The notes under the pieces are model-generated. The model was not told the DNA's origin, ran no database searches, and saw only the letters and a list, made by a program, of their open reading frames with translations. The position numbers and the translations under genes are program-made. Shown here one piece after another: positions 61,078 to 64,000 of a DNA stretch of 64,000 nt (positions are counted from its first letter, which is position 1; each line of letters starts with the position of its first letter). This DNA comes from Candidatus Thorarchaeota archaeon (lineage in GTDB: Archaea; Asgardarchaeota; Thorarchaeia; Thorarchaeales; Thorarchaeaceae): positions 1 to 64,000 of the forward strand of contig DXJO01000020.1 in NCBI GenBank assembly GCA_019057475.1, read 5' to 3'.

Positions 61078-61254
61078 AGCTGCTTTTAAGTTGGACATAC
61101 CCGGACAATTCCATTGTGGGCCTTATATAGACCAATACGACATTGATCTGAGGAATATGACACACCTGTAAAGGTTTCTCACGGAGTAGTCCAGTGCCGT
61201 TTTCTGGACGTACTAGACTTCGGTGTCCAACTTTGTACAACTTACAATGAACGG
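61078..61254 (+). mobile_element. MITE-like non-autonomous IS607-like element
   Basis: Left end AGCTGC..AA.T.G.ACA..C...GAC and right end TGTCCA..TTGTACAA.TT.CA...AACGG collinear with 12676-12990. Confidence 0.65.
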
Positions 61255-61521
61255 TAGTATTACAGATATTACTCAATGGTAAGCAGTTCGCGAAAGACAT
61301 ATCTCAAGCTTACTGTATGAAACACTGGTATACGATACTGTATCCGCTAAGAGGCTCCTATCATTCACATGAAGAACAACCATCATAGACCTCTACAACC
61401 GAAATTGGGCTATATGAGGTACGTTCCCTGTGGCTATGATGGGCCCCAATCAGCAATTTCATGCAGAATAACGGAGTGTAGAGTCTTGGAATCGAATAGG
61501 AAGGAGCAAGGGTTTCGGGGA

Positions 61522-62046
61522 ATGCCGAAAAGGAGAATCCGATCTAATGTTAAGCAGGTTTTGAACGAACCAATACTGAAGACCCTAGTCAAGCAGTCAA
61601 TACTCACTGAAACACAACTTGAAACATTAATCATTGATCTTCTCGTGGAGGATAACTACGGAGCTCACATTCCCTATGATGACAAAGCAGCATTCAGGTT
61701 TCGTCGGGGTACTAGAGCACGAGGAGTATCGCGTGGAGCATTCAACAGATCACTGAGCCAGGCACGGAGGAACCTGACGCGGTGTCTAAGTACAATGCTT
61801 CTGCTAGCCTATCTCGGACTGTTTGAATTCACTATATTTCGGCCTTTTGAAGAGATAGCTGGAAGGATTGGAAACTACAGGCACATCCGCGACATACTGG
61901 GCGACAAGGTTCAGTTGACAACTGAAGACGTCGAGAGCTACCGTGCGGCTGAACGTATGATTCTTGCAGCCCTTGATGAGCTTACCTCGTCCGTTGCGTT
62001 GAAATCCGATCTCTCTAAGAGAAGGTCTAGTCCCACAACTGATTAG
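61522..62046 (+). CDS. Hypothetical HTH-type DNA-binding protein (Tfx-like)
   Basis: LTETQLETL...GVSRGAFNRSLSQARRNL...TMLLLAYLG; ATG at 61522 preferred to 61369. Confidence 0.6.
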   Translation: MPKRRIRSNVKQVLNEPILKTLVKQSILTETQLETLIIDLLVEDNYGAHIPYDDKAAFRFRRGTRARGVSRGAFNRSLSQARRNLTRCLSTMLLLAYLGLFEFTIFRPFEEIAGRIGNYRHIRDILGDKVQLTTEDVESYRAAERMILAALDELTSSVALKSDLSKRRSSPTTD

Positions 62047-62447
62047 CTTTGAATAGATGTACTAGACCGGTGATTGCGGGCGAGCAAAAAACGGTACGAA
62101 TGTGTCGTGTCATCGAAGACGCAATGCAACGCCAGCTAAGTTCGTTTTCCCATCGGGTCGTTCATAGCCACATTGATCATCTTGGAAGTATATCTTGAGG
62201 AGATAGAGATGCCAACGATATTGCCTGAACTTACCAAGGCAATCCGAAACTTCGGCATTGGCATGTCATCTTTGACACGACACACTCATACAGAACATGA
62301 ACACAATGATACATAGTTCTAATCTTAGAACAGGAATTTCGCTCAAGATACATGTGCAAATAGCCTATTTGTAATACGTGACATACAGATAATACAATCA
62401 TCTTTTATCTAGCCAACCTTTATCCTACTTGGACGAATCAGTGAATC

Positions 62448-63725
62448 TTGATTCAGGCAGTGACAGTGATAACGGTGGTCAAGGAAAATCCCTTGGACAG
62501 GCTATTGAAAGAAAGTAGAAAACGAGTTGCGGAAATTAAGGATCGCGATAAGCTTGATGAGATTGCGAATGCAATTGGCGACCGAAGAGAACGGGACCTA
62601 CTTGATCTCCTAGCCAACATCGAAGCCAGAAATGGATGGGGAACCGTAGTTCAGTTTCTAATCGAGTCGGCAAAATCTACTTACTCGGCTCCAATTGGCG
62701 CAGGGGGAAACCAAAGAAGAATCGAGCCTTTGAAGTATCGAGAAGTGATTTTCGCCACCTTCTCCTCCGCAGGCCTGGAGCCTGTGAATCATGATACAGT
62801 AGCGTTGCTCAATGAACTACGAGGTGAAGAGTCGATGGTATCCGCTACACGTACATTCGCTGCCAGAGTTCAGAATCTGGCAATTGAGCAATTCCAGAGT
62901 GGAGATGCCCTTTTCTTCGATTTGACGAGTATGAGCAGCTCTCTTCCAACAGACTTGATCAAAATGGCTGAAGCGATTCACAAGAAACGAATGCACGAGC
63001 TAATCATTCCGGTTAGCAAGAAACAAGCACACGTGAAACAGCTGTGGTACTCCGAGTATGGCCGGACAGCCTTGGCAGAACAAGGAGCTAAAGGAAACAG
63101 ATTACTACTCTCCGATCTCGACTCGGTATTATCTGTAATACAATTAAGAATTGGCCGTCGGCCTATGACCAAGGAAAATGACAGTCCCCTGGAAGTATCA
63201 GAGGCTTCACCCGCTAATATTGACTATGGAAACCTTCTCACCATGATAATCAACCAAGACATCAATGGACTTGGCCTTCTTGGAAGCAAATACTCACATC
63301 CTCTTCTCAATACTGTACTAGAATCAACGGTTGTTGATTACCAGCAAGACAAGTCCAACAATCTGTTTAGGAGGTTTATCTCTTGCATAAACAGCCATGT
63401 GCAAGTTCGATCACTAAATTCACTCGCAACGTTCGAGCGAATTATGCAACTAGATAACAGCCGCCTTGCGACACCGGTCACCATTGCTCTTGGGAATTTC
63501 TATCATGAATCCGCGGCTTCAGTTTTAATTGAGCTAGCATGTAGGACAAGGAATAAGGACGTCGAAACTGCTTCGCTCACATCCATCGCAAACATTCGCC
63601 GAAAGTGTCCTGAGGTTGAAGTCGTATTAGACACAGTCCTAGCATCAGAGTGTAGAAATCGCGGCAGACTAAGACGCTTGCAGAAGAAGCTTTTGAAGAC
63701 CGGTAGAAGCCAGTATTACAGCTAA
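62448..63725 (+). CDS. Hypothetical alpha-helical protein with HEAT-like C-terminus
   Basis: 425 aa ORF; VTIALGNF.....ASVLIEL...ASLTSIANI repeat pattern. Confidence 0.65.
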   Translation: MIQAVTVITVVKENPLDRLLKESRKRVAEIKDRDKLDEIANAIGDRRERDLLDLLANIEARNGWGTVVQFLIESAKSTYSAPIGAGGNQRRIEPLKYREVIFATFSSAGLEPVNHDTVALLNELRGEESMVSATRTFAARVQNLAIEQFQSGDALFFDLTSMSSSLPTDLIKMAEAIHKKRMHELIIPVSKKQAHVKQLWYSEYGRTALAEQGAKGNRLLLSDLDSVLSVIQLRIGRRPMTKENDSPLEVSEASPANIDYGNLLTMIINQDINGLGLLGSKYSHPLLNTVLESTVVDYQQDKSNNLFRRFISCINSHVQVRSLNSLATFERIMQLDNSRLATPVTIALGNFYHESAASVLIELACRTRNKDVETASLTSIANIRRKCPEVEVVLDTVLASECRNRGRLRRLQKKLLKTGRSQYYS

Positions 63726-63787
63726 TATAAGTATTACGCCCTGCGAGCACGACAGACATAAATCAACTGGCCTTCTCGCGTGAGAAC

Positions 63788-64000
63788 ATGAGCAAATCAA
63801 AAGGGAACGCAATGGAGGAAATTGGCAAGTTCTTCACACCTCATTCCGTTGCCTTAGTTGGAGCTTCATCTGACTACAGGAAGTTAGGTAACTCAATACT
63901 GATGAATCTCCTGGCTTCAGAAATACAGGTATATCCCGTTACCCGAAGTAGAAACCGTGTCCTCGGTGTCAAGGCGTATCCGGATTTGAGAAGCCTACCC
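63788..64000 (+). CDS. ADP-forming acyl-CoA synthetase (CoA-binding domain), truncated by window end
   Basis: Manual translation ...FFTPHSVALVGASSDYRKLGNSILMNL...VYPV......VLGVKAYPDLRSLP. Confidence 0.88.
   Translation, partial: MSKSKGNAMEEIGKFFTPHSVALVGASSDYRKLGNSILMNLLASEIQVYPVTRSRNRVLGVKAYPDLRSLP

Overview
Core-chromosome window of an archaeon, most likely an Asgard (Thorarchaeota-like) lineage. That assignment is inferred from an Rpo8-type RNAP subunit, tandem Roadblock domains beside an MglA-like GTPase, and gins23-mcm synteny. Housekeeping content includes KEOPS (kae1, bud32), Lsm, nurA-herA, pyrG, a GPN GTPase, trm11, thpR and an HDAC. A replication cluster carries hel308, mcm, gins23, rfcS/L and orc1/cdc6. 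Other genes are korA, iorAB, glmS, ipk, rpsJ, hypF, a split lysine-saccharopine pathway and three tRNAs. Main observations: (1) a translationally coupled Roadblock2 / DENN-like / MglA-GTPase module; (2) two clusters of canonical ORB elements (about 51.0 and 55.3 kb), 20-24 kb from cdc6; the second cluster lies among repeated GAACAYGTGTTC palindromes, and uncharacterised wHTH and Cas2-like genes lie between the clusters; (3) a dispersed pilus/DNA-transfer gene set (TadA/VirB11 ATPase, Flp-like pilin, membrane-anchored HerA/VirB4-like ATPase, two-TM pilin-like protein, two Ig-rich surface proteins); (4) a two-intron tRNA-Pro whose introns are complementary to each other; (5) two related non-autonomous IS607-like elements, one an internally deleted tnpB; (6) CTG-initiated genes missed by the ORF track. 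All calls come from reading motifs by eye; no database searches were run.
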